Of a stretch of 64,000 bases of DNA, positions 23,265 through 37,300 are shown piece by piece. Within the stretch, counting starts at the first letter, position 1, and each line of letters starts with the position of its first letter. Origin of the DNA: Marsupella aquatica (lineage: Eukaryota > Plantae > Marchantiophyta); assembly GCA_973895155.1 (NCBI GenBank), contig OZ316894.1, forward strand, positions 20,404,451-20,468,450. The letters run 5' to 3'. The position numbers and the translations under genes are program-made. The notes under the pieces were generated by a model. The model was not told where the DNA came from and ran no database searches. It worked only from the letters and a program-made list of their open reading frames with translations.

Positions 23265-24559
23265 CTATGTTGGAAGTTTCAGTAAGTGGAATGGAACGAA
23301 GGACCCTCCTGTGTACAGTTCTATTGCTGAGCTACAGCGAGGCCCTTCATGCTTGCATCACCTCTGGTTGCACATTGATAAGGAACCATAAGGAACCATG
23401 ACACAATCTTACAGAACCCGATGATTTCGAATGTTGCGCCAAAATTGCTGGTCGTCGTCACATACCGTAACACAACTGATATGGCATCACAATGTCGGGA
23501 GTTTTCGCTATCGTAGGAACGTTCTTCAGGATTGTTCAGCAGCCAAGTATTTCGCTGGGTGACGAGCATTTTGGACAATTCCCGTGCAGAGTGAACACGC
23601 AATGGTCGTCAAAAGGAAGAGAATCTGACGTCAGCTCCTCTAGGATGGTCGACTAACAGTGATCATGTTGCAGTTTCAAATATTCTACAAAGGAGTATTT
23701 TTAAAAGGGAATTTGTCTTTACCATAAATTCGAATTATATACAATGAACATTATTGTTAGAGCAGATATTTAAATTGACTGTACATTTTCATTTAATGAT
23801 ATTGGTTGATTTTCATTTCCGCATTTTGTGTTGTTGTATTGATTTCTCAGTGGTTGAGTAGACAGGTACGACAGTGGTGAGTATATAGCAGCTTCAGATA
23901 ACTTAGCATTGAGTACACGGCTACGAGAAATTGGTGAAATTGTGGAACCGTTTTTACAATTTAATTGTTGTTCCCTTGCCGAAGATACTATTACGATATA
24001 TTCATGGTGGCCATTTTGGTAATTTCATTATTGCTCCACCATGAGTGAGAATTTCCGAAACTCGTACAGTTGCAAAGTCGCATGATAATTTTATTCTTGT
24101 TCCACCACCGAGTATACAATTTCGAGACAGTGTAATACAAGCTCTACGTCCATATTTGACAACTTCCAGTGATATCATATCTACAGATAACCGAGTGCGC
24201 CCAACTTGGGGAAATTTGGGAGTCACACCGCCACAAACCACAGGCGAAGACACGTATATACACTTCCTAAGCAAGCAAAACGCCAAACGCCACCCCGCAG
24301 CAAATCGGCGACTGTTACATCAATACAGTTCTACCTTCACTTTCAGCTCACTCTCACCTCCTGCACAAGTGATCACGTCGATGGCAGCTCAGTGCTCCAT
24401 AAGTCAAGCTGCAGGTTGGACAACTTGTGATGACGACGCACATCATTTCCGCCACTCGAGAGACATCAAGCGGCAGTCGAGTGAACATCTGAACGCGGTG
24501 GGCAGATTGATCGATCGATCCCGTGTTGCATGCAGAGAAACAGATGATCATACCACTCA

Positions 24560-25381
24560 CTATGCAGTTTTCGGCGTGTCACCCCTGTTCTTAAGCCACA
24601 GATTGAAGTTCAGAATGGTGGCGAAAAGCACCCACGCAAAGTACGGCTTTAGCAAGTTCGCTGCGACGTAGTTCACAGGCTGGAATGCGTTGATAGTGGC
24701 CGCCAGGACAACATCCAGGACCAGGATGTCGACCAGAGCCAGACCGAGATTCTTCCAGCCGAAGAAGAACATCGGCCATAACAAATTCAGAACAAGCTGC
24801 GCGATGTAGAGAGTCAGAGGCATGCCCTGTTTATGGAAGCCTCCCTCAGCCCAGACTAGCCACGACGCGAGTCCCATAAGCGGATACAGCAAGCTCCAGG
24901 CGCCACCGAAGATGGGACCGGGTGGTTCCCACCACGGCTTCTTCAGTTCTAAGAACCATTTCGATGTCGGGGAGTTGAAGAGCGCGTCTACCGACCCCAA
25001 GAGCAGCGGAATGCCCACAAACAGCACCAAGCTTTTCACTCCAGGCCTTGAGATCTGCGATGACACGTAATTCCGCGTCTTCGTCACTGTGTCCTTAGTA
25101 TCGCCCGCGGCCACCTGAGGATCGCGAATCCGCTTCGCAAGCCCCTCTGACGAACTCATCTTTCTCCTCAGTCCGGAGAAATCAGACGACACAGCACCCC
25201 TGCTCAAGAAAACTGCTCCACCCCTCGCGCCAAGATTGCTACTACTGCAGCTCCACTGACCCCTAGCAATCGAAACTACTCCAAGATTGCGACGCCGTTC
25301 TGATGAAGAGCGGGAATTACTACTACACCTGAGAGTCTGATAGCAAGAATTCGGAATCGAGAGGAGAGACGAGGCGGCCAT
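24560..25381 (-). CDS. TSPO: TspO/MBR family translocator protein, intronless, with Ser/Arg-rich transit-peptide-like N-terminus
   Basis: WFLELKKPWWEPPGPIFGGAWSLLYPLMGLASWLVW, QLVLNLLWPMFFFG, LLKPYFAWVLFATILN. Confidence 0.95.
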   Translation of the reverse strand: MAASSLLSIPNSCYQTLRCSSNSRSSSERRRNLGVVSIARGQWSCSSSNLGARGGAVFLSRGAVSSDFSGLRRKMSSSEGLAKRIRDPQVAAGDTKDTVTKTRNYVSSQISRPGVKSLVLFVGIPLLLGSVDALFNSPTSKWFLELKKPWWEPPGPIFGGAWSLLYPLMGLASWLVWAEGGFHKQGMPLTLYIAQLVLNLLWPMFFFGWKNLGLALVDILVLDVVLAATINAFQPVNYVAANLLKPYFAWVLFATILNFNLWLKNRGDTPKTA

Positions 25382-27298
25382 GGGATGAGGAGAGCTTCAA
25401 GTCGAGCAATTATTTAAGTGCGGTGGAGCGGCGAATTGAAATCTTCGTCAGCGACGGACCGTTTTGGTGTCGATGGGGCCGAAAGTTGATCGCCGTTACG
25501 GTCCTTTGCGGCCGGACACGCGGCGGGCTGGACGATCCAGATGTCGTCCATGCGACGCGACCATGGCTGTCATGCTCCCACGATTACATCCGCCGCTCGC
25601 TCGTTCGTCGAGGAAGCGACTCCGCCCTCGCGGCATGGAACCGGCCCCGGTGGCCCGGCTCGATCCCTTCACACGGCTCCGGGATTACGTTCGATTCGAG
25701 CAGCATGACGATCTGAACCGTTCAATCTGAACTGGAAGGGGTTGGAATTTAAAATTGTTGTTAAAAACGAAAATATGTTTATTCCCCAGATAATTTTCTT
25801 CTCGCTTCTCGAGCAATCAATCAATAGCATGGTGATCCACACCGTTCACTTTGAACTGGACGGCTATATTTGAAAAAAGTGTGAGAAATAAATTGATATT
25901 GCTGAGAACGTTTGTTTGGGGCTCCTCGAGCAGTCAAAACCTGCCATGTAGAAGTAGTGTGATGCAGGTTTTATGTGGGTTTAGTGCATGGGTTCGTTAC
26001 AGGCACCACCATGCTGCAGTTCTTATCCATGAATGGATGCGTAGCTTGGACATGTATGATCTTCAGCTGCCACGTGCAGCAACAGAATACCTGGAACCCC
26101 TCAACTGTATGTTCACAGTATATATCCATAATTATATCAGATTCGTCAGGATAAAAAGCGCATGCAAAAGCCACGACGACCAAGAGATTGGAACATAACA
26201 CATTCCTAAAAAACTTTTGTCCTAACAAAGTGCAAAACTTTCCTAAAACAATTCTCCAAAATCTTTGTGCATTATATAGGACACACTTTAATTTGAGGCC
26301 TACTAGGAAAGTATGCTCTATGGTTAGGTATTCACTCTCAGGTCTAGAATATTTTGTTACCGCAGTTAGTCAAGCGGTATTCAGGTGTTTGGTTATGGTC
26401 AGATGTGTAACTATTATTTACACTAACAAAACTTAGTTAGTGGGTGGAACTTTGACTCGTTGTTAAGGAGATAGGAAAAATTTATCCAATGTAGATTTGA
26501 TATAGCAACAGGCTTAGAGATCACTAAAGTTCTCTTCCGTGTTCAAGTGTATGTAACCTTCATAAAACAGTCAAGTGTATGTAACCTTCATAAAACAGTG
26601 AAGAGAGAGATTTTCAATGGTATAGTTAATGCCATTTCCTCAAATAACACGAAGATCAAGGTGAATTTTGCATGCATCAATGTGCCAAAGGCCAATAGAA
26701 AGGTTATGATCCTTACACGTGTATGTTTAGAACTCAGCACTCTCATCAAAAAGGGACATCTTGCAGCAGCAACAAGACAAAAAGAAAGTTTATAGTCCTT
26801 AATTGTGTATATATAGGATTCAGCACATGCATCAAACCAGGGCAGCTTGCAACAAGACGCCTCCTGATTTCATGGGAATGTTGGATCTTAGAAACTTTAA
26901 CTTTATGCACAGTTGATTGTGAAATTCTAAGACCTGGAATCTGCAATTCAAGGTGAGCAAAAAACCAGCAGTGCCTCACTGCAGTGCTTTGCACCAACTC
27001 AATACCCAAGTGAATAACCCTTCACATTATAAAGAGGAAGCCATGGATGTGCCTTTGTGGGGAGCCCCATCCTGGCATAAGCTCAATTGTTGTGGCTTGC
27101 AGGTCCAATGACTTCAGAAATGAGACAAGTGCACCATGCCCAGTGCACCCAAAGACAAAAGACGTCTTCCAAACTCTCATGGACTCTTGAGGTTGTGTCT
27201 TTCAGCTCCTGACCTTAGCATCATTCTATTGCAGTCTTGGAAAACCAGCCAGATGCTGGAAGTGAAGCCTTAAACATGTTCTCCCCCTTCCCCGTGCT

Positions 27299-27493
27299 TT
27301 CAGGCAAAAGTCCAGGCAAAGGAGAGCAGCTCAGTTAGGGGGGGGGTGAAATGGCGGAAAACAAGGTATTGTTAAGAAAAAAAACCAAAATTGTTCAGGC
27401 AAAAGTCCAGGCAAAGGAGAGCAGCTCAGTTAGGGGGGGGGGGGTGAAATGGCGGAAAACAAGGTATTGTTAAGAAAAAAAACCAAAATTGTT
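27299..27493. repeat. Two-copy tandem duplication (~95 bp)
   Basis: TTCAGGCAAAAGTCCAGG...CCAAAATTGTT at 27299 and 27394; the copies differ in poly-G length. Confidence 0.9.
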
Positions 27494-28030
27494 GTTTTGT
27501 GAAAGAAAAACAAGTTTATGTGAAGGAAAGCAACAGTTTTTCGATTCTCTGAGTAAAAAATGTTTCTTATGAGTGATATTGTTTTGTGACTTTTTCCTAT
27601 CTCACTTTTACGTGCTGGAGCAGAGTTCAGCTACACTTGTTGCCCTGAACTTTTGGCCGACAACACAGCGAATCACTAAGGACTTCAAGCTATGTGACAG
27701 CTCCCAATTTGGGATCAAGTGGACATACCATACGAGTTTCGGGCCAACGAGGGACGAGTATGCTGGAGTTGGGATTTTCGAGTGGGAGCGATACTCAAAC
27801 TAGCTTCTACGCTGTGTACGTTCTGGCCACAGTAAGAAGCAACTGGGATTGTTGAACTTATCTGGAGGACAAAACTTTCACGGCCTTCCAAAAACCTTTG
27901 AGTAAACCTTTCCTCAAGGCATCATGTCGCATTTTGAAAATGCACTATGCACTCGTGAAGCTCATGCCGAATTGACAATTTTCTCCACGATCTCAATACT
28001 CTTAAAACTTCCTGGTAGCAAATGAAGCTA

Positions 28031-29130
28031 TTACTCGGCGAGACGGCTATTATTTCTCGTTCCCATGATTTTTAAAACCGGCAATAAGTTGTACCTCCTC
28101 AAAAGCTTGACCCGAGGATCCACTTTCAAGTCCTTTAGTAGAACCTTGTCACCAACATCAAGCGCGTGCTGATATCCACTTCCAAGAAAGGAGGGATTGC
28201 ATTTAAAGGACAAAGATACGGAACTGCCCCCATGACAGTGTTGACATACCCACCTGTCACGCAAATTCACTCATACTCATTACATCAATACACCATCCTG
28301 TAGGCAAAAGTCAAGGCTTCCACGTCTAAAGCAAAGCCCAGTTGAATAATATTTTCAGGCCCGAATGGCAACAAAAGTATGCCAAAATCAAAACATGATT
28401 GGGGTACATCTATCCAGACTGCTGGGGTTGATAATTCAGCGAGATAACGTGGATTCAGAACATTCTACATCCCAACAATGAAGATCCTACCTACTGTCTG
28501 TAAGAGTTCGACTTAACAAGACCTACGGTTTCTTAGAAGGAGATATATCTTGTTAGCTCAGGGACACAAGTCCATGTGGTTGATTCTTGCATGAGAGACA
28601 TTATGATCTATCACACAGGTTTTAATCCTCCCCCAGGAACGCGATTGGAATTTCCACCTTTACTTGTCGTCTGAAAGTGTTTCATGACAGTGACATTCAG
28701 GGAGCTGATCGGTGCAGAATGGTGAATCTGCAGTCACAATCTGCTGGAAAAGGCTGATGCACTAGGACCCCACACTACCAATCAGCACAATGTGGACATG
28801 GAGCACGAAATTAACAAGAGGTTTTTCAGGAGGGGCTACAACACACAACCCGTGCGTGGTAAGACCGTCTCTCTGAAGAGAAGCTGTCCGCCATGCCCAG
28901 GCTTATCACAGATTTCCAACTCGTACGCCCTTGACAGAAAAAAGGTTCGCCCGAGTCTTACCGCGACGTCATCCAGCTACTTCCGCTCGCATGAACTGTG
29001 CTTCTTCTCTGAGATTTTCTCCTGCTCGCAAACAATACTCAGTACCAGCCCTAGTCTCCGCCCCTACTTTGCATGGATTTTGCCAGTCTTTCCGGAGAAA
29101 TGCTCACAGCACCAAGTCCCCTTCCTTCGT
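28031..29130 (-). pseudogene. Organellar ribosomal protein bL25/TL5 (CTC family) pseudogene with introns
   Basis: Three blocks: GKTGKIHAK*..LSIVCEQE..RLGRTFFLSRAYELEI..VLPR (~29110-28850); IHH..LNVTVM / VKVEIPIAFLGED* (~28727-28620); GGYVNTV..YLCPLNAIPPFLEVDIS / LDVGDKVLLKDLKVDPRVKLL (~28253-28031). Stops and frameshifts disrupt all three blocks. Confidence 0.8.
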
Positions 29131-29773
29131 CTCCGCTGACTTCCGCAAACTCGGGGGTCTATCATCTTCCTGATCGACAGCAGCTGCTGAAGAAAATCCT
29201 CGTCTCCATGCAAACTGAATATACATCCGATTGCACTGGAAAAATTCCACATAGTTTTCAACCAGTTTATTGTAGACATGAAAGGACAGTGAAAGCCAAG
29301 CGCGTAGACAAGTAAAGAAGTACACGAGCTACCACGACATCTCAGATCCAGGTATCCCTGTGGTACTTCGATTAAACACGAGCCCGTGTGGTACTCAAAT
29401 GATGGCTCTTTACTACCGTAAATCACACCAGTGGCTGTCGAAGGATTGTAAAGCTTGCAAATATCAATCCCCCATTGTACATCAGAGCAACGAGAACAAT
29501 TGAACTCTATCCTTCAATACATATCAGATAGTGCACAGCATTGAGAGAAAATAGGAAAAGACGAATGTGATCCTGTGTTGATTTATGTACAGAGCTTCAC
29601 AAGGAGATTGCTACATGCACGACAGGGAGAGGGTAAGAGCTCCTGGTCGGGAGTGGTTTTCCAGCCACCAGAACAACCGAAGTCCCATCGGCTTTAGCAT
29701 GAGACATGCACGACCCTTCACAGTTCACTCCAAAAAGAGCTAATGCACCCTCTTAGTAAGAATCTAATTACTG

Positions 29774-31941
29774 TTATACCGCTGCCTTCTCTCCTTCTTT
29801 ACTTTCTTCCACGGGATCCTCCGGTCTATCTCCAAATTTTTTTCCTCCATGGAAATCGACTTCTTCGGTGGGGAGACTTTTCCTGTCTTTCCCTTCCTTT
29901 ACAGTCCAATAATCCCAAACACGGGACTTTGGTGGCTCCTTAACTTCTCCAAAGGGAGCCACAAGGCCAGGCTTTCCATCATCTATGACATGGTCAACTA
30001 GGCCATATTCCTTAGCTTGCCAGGGATTCATGAAGTTATCACGGTCCGTGTCGAAATCAATCTGCCAAATACAGATCAGATAGGTAGGTGCAGATCAGCA
30101 AGAGATCATCATTTCATATGGTAAACAAAAGACACTCAGGTGATAAGTTCAACGTTGAATTTTGATTCTACTGATTCCCATTGACCACTCACTGATGAAT
30201 TCCCCATACACTACACGAAAAAAATCAGAAGGAATTTAGCCAGAAGGTGAAATGAGAAAAACAGAAACTTACATCTCACCACATTACAGCATAGAGGTGG
30301 AGGGATGCTTGCATCCTACATGCAAGAAGTACCCTTACAAACCCCAATTTCATCTTAGCGAATGATCTTGTGCAAACACATTTAAGATAGACATTGGTAC
30401 CTGCTCCTCTGTTTGCCCAGTCAAGCGAGCCATAATTTTGGCTAACTTCTTCTTGTGATACATCATCTCCCTCACTTGCAGCCCTACTTCTATTGCCTGC
30501 CAGTGGGACACAAAACCAAATGTTAGAACGAATACTGTAGCAGTTGAACGAAAAGAAATAGAAATGCCCCAATTTAACCCTCACATAACAGGTTCTCAAT
30601 CTGAGTTTTGACACAGGTTAAATTCAAGTTAAATATCTTCTAATAGACTTCTCAATTGCACTTGGGATACCGGGCCCAAAAATGAAAAGGATGTTGTCAG
30701 ACAGCAGCATATAACCTACCGATCCACCCGCACCACCCAAAGGTTGATGAATCATAACCCGAGCATTTGGCATGCAATATCGTTTTCCTTTGGAGCCAGC
30801 AGCGAGTAAAAATGCTCCCATGGATGCAGCTAAACCAAAGCATGTCGTGGATACGTCTGCCCTGCACAACTTCATGGCATCGTAGATACCCATCCCTGAT
30901 CCCAGTGGCTTTATTCAGTCTCTGAAGCTTGTCGCCAGTTTTAAATTCTAAAGACAAATCTTCGCTGCTCAACTCCACATTCCCAGATTCCAAAATACAA
31001 AAAAATGTAAAATTTAGCCTCCAATTGCTAACACAGAACACGCATGCACTTCATTAAATGAGAAGAAGAAGAAGAAAGGCCCACCGGCAGTAACTGAACC
31101 GCCAGGAGAGTTAATAAACAGCTTTATATCCTTAGTCGGATCTTGAGCATCTAGAAGCAACATCTGACTTATGATAAGATCCGCTCCGTTATCCTCCACC
31201 TGCGTACCATACAACCGGGTCCATATTAACCACCAGGCAACACCTCTCTGCGCCAAACTATCGTATCCTACATCGTTCCGAGCGAAACTATTCATTTATA
31301 TTGTATCAGCTCTCTCACCGTGAATGGTGAGTTTGTCAAAATGCTGAATCCGCTTGAAACAATTCAAATCAACCGAAGACTGTCATCATAATTTTTCAAC
31401 TTCAAAGCTCGGAAAAGTCTCACTCTAAGACTAAGGCTGAATAAAACCCAGCTGAGGCGGCTGTCTGGCATGAGCGAAATCCAAGTGGTCGAGATGCACA
31501 AGACAGGGCAGACAACGCTACCCAGTCTAAGAAAAAACTGAATCACGCAACAAGCCAGTATTCCGGATTGCAACCCACCTGCCCACCTAGGAAGATAACC
31601 CTCTGCTGCAAAAGCATCGTATTGGGGTCCAAATCCTGCAAACGCAGGGTCGCTCCTCGCCCATACCCGCTGCTGATAGGATCCAGAGGCGGAAGGAAAC
31701 TCGCCTGTGCCCCACATGCCCTCCTCCTGCTTAAACTCTCGGACGATAAATCCCTGCAGCTCCTTCGATGTGTGCTTCTGCTTCTTCTAAACCCTACTCC
31801 CAACCTCGACCCCCAAAACCCGCTTGCACGCAATTCCAGGCCGCGTGAATTGCTGCTGGGAGAAGATGATGTGCTCGCCACTCCCTGTAGTAGAGATGTC
31901 GTCGCCATCGTCGCCATCGTCCTCACCTTCAGGACCTCCAT
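29774..31941 (-). CDS. CLPP3: Chloroplast Clp protease proteolytic subunit 3, 5 exons
   Basis: Transit peptide; [31 protein letters not shown] (Ser), MIHQP (His), DTDRDNFM (Asp); ClpP3-type tail [21 protein letters not shown]. Exons ~31941-31579, 31199-31085, 30895-30720, 30496-30401, 30061-29774. Confidence 0.92.
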
Positions 31942-34313
31942 TCCCAAGCAAAGCAAGCGCTCTTCCACCAAATCAAACTGCTGTCCGTCAATCCAGAGAG
32001 CAGCACATGAGTGGAGTGCAGCTTCTTCTCCAGCTCGAACTGCGAGCCGAACCACAAACCACAGTAGACTGTCGACCAGTTTGACGAACCGGATGACGCA
32101 GTTCTCTTTGTCTGTACGTGGTCCAAGGAGGGTATTTTTTCTTTCCTGTTTTATGCACCCTATCCCCCAAACCTAATTACCGTGTTGCGTGGAGACACCG
32201 CGCAGCAACGCAAATAGTTACTTGTTTGCATGGCATTTTTAAAATTTTTGGGTGAATGAGCGGGCATGTTAGAATATGAATATTGAAGGGGCGCACTTGG
32301 CTGGTTGTGAAAAATGATTTTTCTGCTATTTGTAGTGTATTTTGCGCTTTAAGGAGAAAAACCAAAAAACTTGCTGCTCAAATAGTGAGTAAAACTTCTG
32401 AATGTCTTTATCAAGGAAATAAAATCATTTGCAGAAAGAGTGAATATACATGATAGCCAAATGAATGAAAATCATTTACTGTTTGAAAATGCATGGAATT
32501 TGGGACTGAGTATGGTGGGCTGGAGGGCGGTAGGAGAGCTACCGGCTGGAGTGGCCAAAACCTAACCGCAATGCTTCATTAGGGGGTCTCAAATACGGGG
32601 GTGTCATAGGTGTCCAGGAGGTTACCACTGCCCGTGATTTTCAATGGCAACTAAGATTATCTCCAGGGATTTAGGAGTCAAGGACCTCTAACCCCCGCTC
32701 TGACCCCAAAATGTAGCCCATCCTTTGGAGGCCTGGAAAAATCCACATATTGAATTCAGTCACAGGCAGGTTGCTCCCCTTCTTTGAGCTCCTTCTTTGA
32801 GCTCTATGTGTTGTCATACTTAGGTTCAATATCTCAAGTTTGTACAGGATCTTGTGACATTTGGTGGAATCTGTGATATAAATGGGAATAGAGGTAATGA
32901 TAGAGATCTCCCTCCTGGCTGCCACTTCTACCAAATATGGAGGTCAGGGTTGTGAAGATGAAGGCTGGTTGCAGTTTATTTAGGGATGGGGGCCACTGCT
33001 GGGAAGCCATCCTTCCAAAATCAGCCAGGGTAGGTGTGCTTGAATACCCAAGTGTCCTTTTAATAGAAGGTAAATCCCTTGTCCTCAGATAGAGAAGGTT
33101 GGTTCTGGAGCTAGACTTAGATGGACAAAGTAAAAAAAAGCTGGAGCAAAGTAATCTGAAAAGGCTGTACGTAGTAGTGTTATGGGAATATAGTTGAATG
33201 TCTGGTTTGTGTATATTACCTTTCTGCAAGTCCATCTGAACACCTTGTTTGACTATCTGGGCATTTTGTTTTCATTAAGATAAAATACTTTACCAGTATT
33301 TTGCTAGGCGTGCTGGACTTTCCAAGAACTGGGTATTCAATGACTTCGAAGGAATTCTTAAAATTTATCAAGGATTCTTGATTAAGGACTTACAGCCTGT
33401 CGTTCATACCTTGTCTTAACGTGCCTACATCTCAATTCTACTCCAATCTTTTGCTCTCAAATCAGCCATCAGCAAGGTTGTACACTCTTGAGATGTCACT
33501 CAAGTTGCTAAAGGGACCACAAAGATGCCTACTTTAGACACAGACAATTTTTCCTCAACCCAAGTGAATCTCAATTTCATATGATTGACAGAGAAAATGG
33601 AATGAGATGACATAGCTAGGAGGCATGAAGTTTGACACTAACTAAATGGGCTGGTCAAAGGCACTCTATGTGCTCTTTAAAGTATCAGTTATTTTATGCT
33701 AATGATTTTACGGCCAACAAAATACAATGGTGATCATTACATCTGACAATTTAGAGAGTTGTATTTACTGGGCAGAAACCATTGCATGATTATGAGTTTG
33801 TACTTTGTGTCCAATTTGCATAACAGACCTAAGTCTTGTGGTTTGAGAGGTTACATGTATGTAACTTAGAATATCACTGATCTCCAAATATGTATGGAAT
33901 ACTAGCACAAATTCTTGCTGTTCAGTTCATTTTGGGGTGACCTTGAAGAGTTGTGAAATTCGGTTTAAATAACATATTGTGTCCTAAATTCAATAAATTG
34001 CATTTCAAGATCGGCTGGGTAGGCGTCCTTTAGCTTCATTGATGTGTTTGAATTGAGTCCCATCTTTAGTGGAACATCTGAATTTTGGACTCAATCAAGT
34101 TTTCCAACGCAGCATGTTTCTGCAAGAAAAATTACATAATGTCATGAAGCTTGGTTTTGCATTTCTGCGCAAACTAATAGTCGGTGGACTGTGACACCTA
34201 ATTCAAGAGGAGGGGACAGTTTAACAAATTCATACGTTAATTGCTTTCTTTGTTTCTACCAGGCATTTATATGAGGCTCTTGTGACGAGAACGGACAGAA
34301 TAGTAATAGTACA

Positions 34314-37300
34314 ATGCCAATTTATGGCTGGAAACCAGAGTATCAAATACCACCACAAAAGAAGAAGGTATGGGGACCACCCCCTGACATATCGCCTCAT
34401 AAGCACTTGAAGAAGGGGCAGCTGACTAAAAACAAGATCCCACCACAACAAAGAGACCCAACTGAAGATGAGTTACGAATCCTCTATGAGAGAGAAATCT
34501 ACCGACAATTTAACTTGCATGCATCAAAAGAAGAGTTGCAAAAACAGTACAGGCAATTCCAAAATGAAACGGTGTATCCTGGAATTATTAGAGCTTGGCT
34601 TTTAAATTCTTACCAAGGAGATGCAGATAGATTAGGTATGCCTGATGGTGAAGGAAATGCCCGTATGGCCGGTCACGTTTGCTACAAAGGCACATTCAGA
34701 CAAGGGCTGTTGCATGGACAAGGTCATCTACAATGGGGCAATGGTTCCTCATATGAAGGTGATTTCTACTGTAACCGTATACTTGGAAAAGGCTCCTATA
34801 GCTGGGCTGGAGGAGCCAAATACACTGGCGAGGTACCCTTTCGACTTCACCTATTTCACATTGTTATGATGGAGACAATGTATTAATAGCATATATAAGT
34901 TGTGAATTGCAGTGGGGTAGCCTTACCTTCACAACCCCTCCACACTTCTTTAGGGCACACCCAATTTTGAATGTGCCTTAACTGATAGCTAGGTTAATGA
35001 GAACGATTCAGCTCTTATAAATGCCTAAGCATAAGTTGGAACAAATCTCTGAACTCAAAATTATGTTTAGGGAAAATCTGTACTTCACAGCATTAACCTT
35101 ATACCTAGTAAATATCACACTTCGTCATACTGACAGTGTGCACTGTTGTTAGCTAAATTCTAGATATACCTCCACATTGCTTGTGTGTTAGGTTCAATTT
35201 CTAGGTGAAAGTTTTATCTAGATGCACAATTCTTAATAGTGACAATGTCACTATAGAGCTTGGCTAAGTTGAGCACTGTGCTTGGCTGAGTGTGATTGGT
35301 TTTTTTTTGTGAAAGTTGCAGCTATATGATGGAATACCACATGGAATAGGCATTATGGAACAAAATAGAGGACTTAAATATGAAGGCTGTTGGGAGCATG
35401 GGAAGCGGGAAGGAAAGGTTATATTTTGCTTAAGTCTAAATATTTTTTAGTATCAAATAAATTTGAAAATTTGTTTATATCCGCAACATTTATTGCTAAT
35501 ATTGTGCATCAATTTCTAGTGTGACAGACTAGAATGTTATCCTTTCCCTAAAATAAAAGAAGTTTGCCTAGTGCCTTCACTGTGCATCGAAGGTTCTCTA
35601 CGGTATACTTGGAAAACAAAAGGCAGTGTGTTTGCCTTATCATAGGAGCATAAACAAATGATCGATATGCAATTTTTGTTTTAATTTTTGGTCTACAGGG
35701 GAAGATGACTTTTGGCAACATAGCTATCTATGAGGGGAATTGGAAAAATGACCTTCAAGATGGTGAGGGTAAATTGGTGTTTACAACTGGAAGCTCGTAT
35801 CATGGGACTTGGCTTGAAGGGAAGAGGCATGGTCAAGGGCAGACACAAGTGCAACGCATTATACCTAGTAAAAAGCGAGTTTGTAAGGTTGCTGCATACA
35901 GTCACACTCTTGCTTTGAAAGGAAAGCCTGACCCAATATATGCTCATACTTATACTGGAGATTGGATCGGAGGTCTACCTCATGGAAGGTTGAACATTGG
36001 ATCTCTTGAATATTTATAATTGGTACTTGTTTATTTGTCTATCATTGAAGACCATAAATAATGCATTAAAATTATAATCCTAACATACATTTCTTTGTGT
36101 AAGTAAGGCCTAAATTCAGCAAAGAAAAGGCATTTGTTGTTAGATTATTGAGTTGTTCTTAAACTGAGGTAGAACTAGAGTTATTTTCGCAGTGAGTTCT
36201 CAGCATATATTTTCATTAAGTTTACATCATTGTTGTTGATTGTTCATAACTTGACTTGACACAAACATAAACCTTTTTCCCCAAAAAAACTATGAGTAAC
36301 TTAATATGGACAAACTATGCATAAGGGGTCTCCGTTCTTGTTAAAGTGACTTTCCATATTTACTTCTACTAGTGTGAACTAAATTTGGGCTCACAACATT
36401 TAAATGAGTACAACTTGGCCGAGCACATGCATGTAGAAGAGGATGTTTTGTGATTTGCTAAAACTCAAATTGGAATGTTGAAGAGCACAAAAGTGGTCAG
36501 CCTTAGATAAAATCCTGTTACATCATTGATGGATGGCAAGAACTTATTATGAGAATTTAAAGTAATAAAATTACCCATATTATTGGGTTTTCAAATCATG
36601 CAATGGAATCATCATCCACGAAGAGATTGGATGTCTTTCACCAGATGCCCAAGAACAAAACCACAATGATTTGGACTTTAGTAGATTTTAAAATGCTTGA
36701 TATTTCTAGCTTAATCATTGATTTATCATGATAAGTATCACTTCAATTAGCCATAGCACAACAGCTTTGCTTTGTTCTAGTCTTGTGGATATTCAAGAGT
36801 GGCTGTACAAGTCAAGAGAGCCTTGCTTTGTTTTAGTCTTGTGGATATTCAAGACTGGCTACAAGTTAAAAGAGCCTTGCTTTGTTCCTTTTTTCAGAGG
36901 GAAAAGTGAATGGTCTTGGGATAATAAGAAGAAGGACAACAGTATACTCATGAACTCGTATGTTGGTTCATATGAAAATGGCACGAGGCATGGACCGGGT
37001 ACTTTTTCCTATGCATCAGGTGCATTGTTTCAGGTACAACCAAGGTTTTTTTCTCAAGTGAGGACTCACATTGGATTATTAAAACTAAGACCCCCACCAA
37101 CTGAGACAATAGTTGTACTTTCTCCCTTCAGAAATAATGGTTCATTTCCTTTGAGAAACTGCATGGAAGTAATAGTCTCACTCATTAAAATTGCTTGCTA
37201 AGTATGAAAGGCATGGAGAAGAAATTACTATAAAAAGCAGATATTTCCATAAATTTCTTCACAAATAAGTCACTCAACAAAATTGACATATTCAGCTCAA

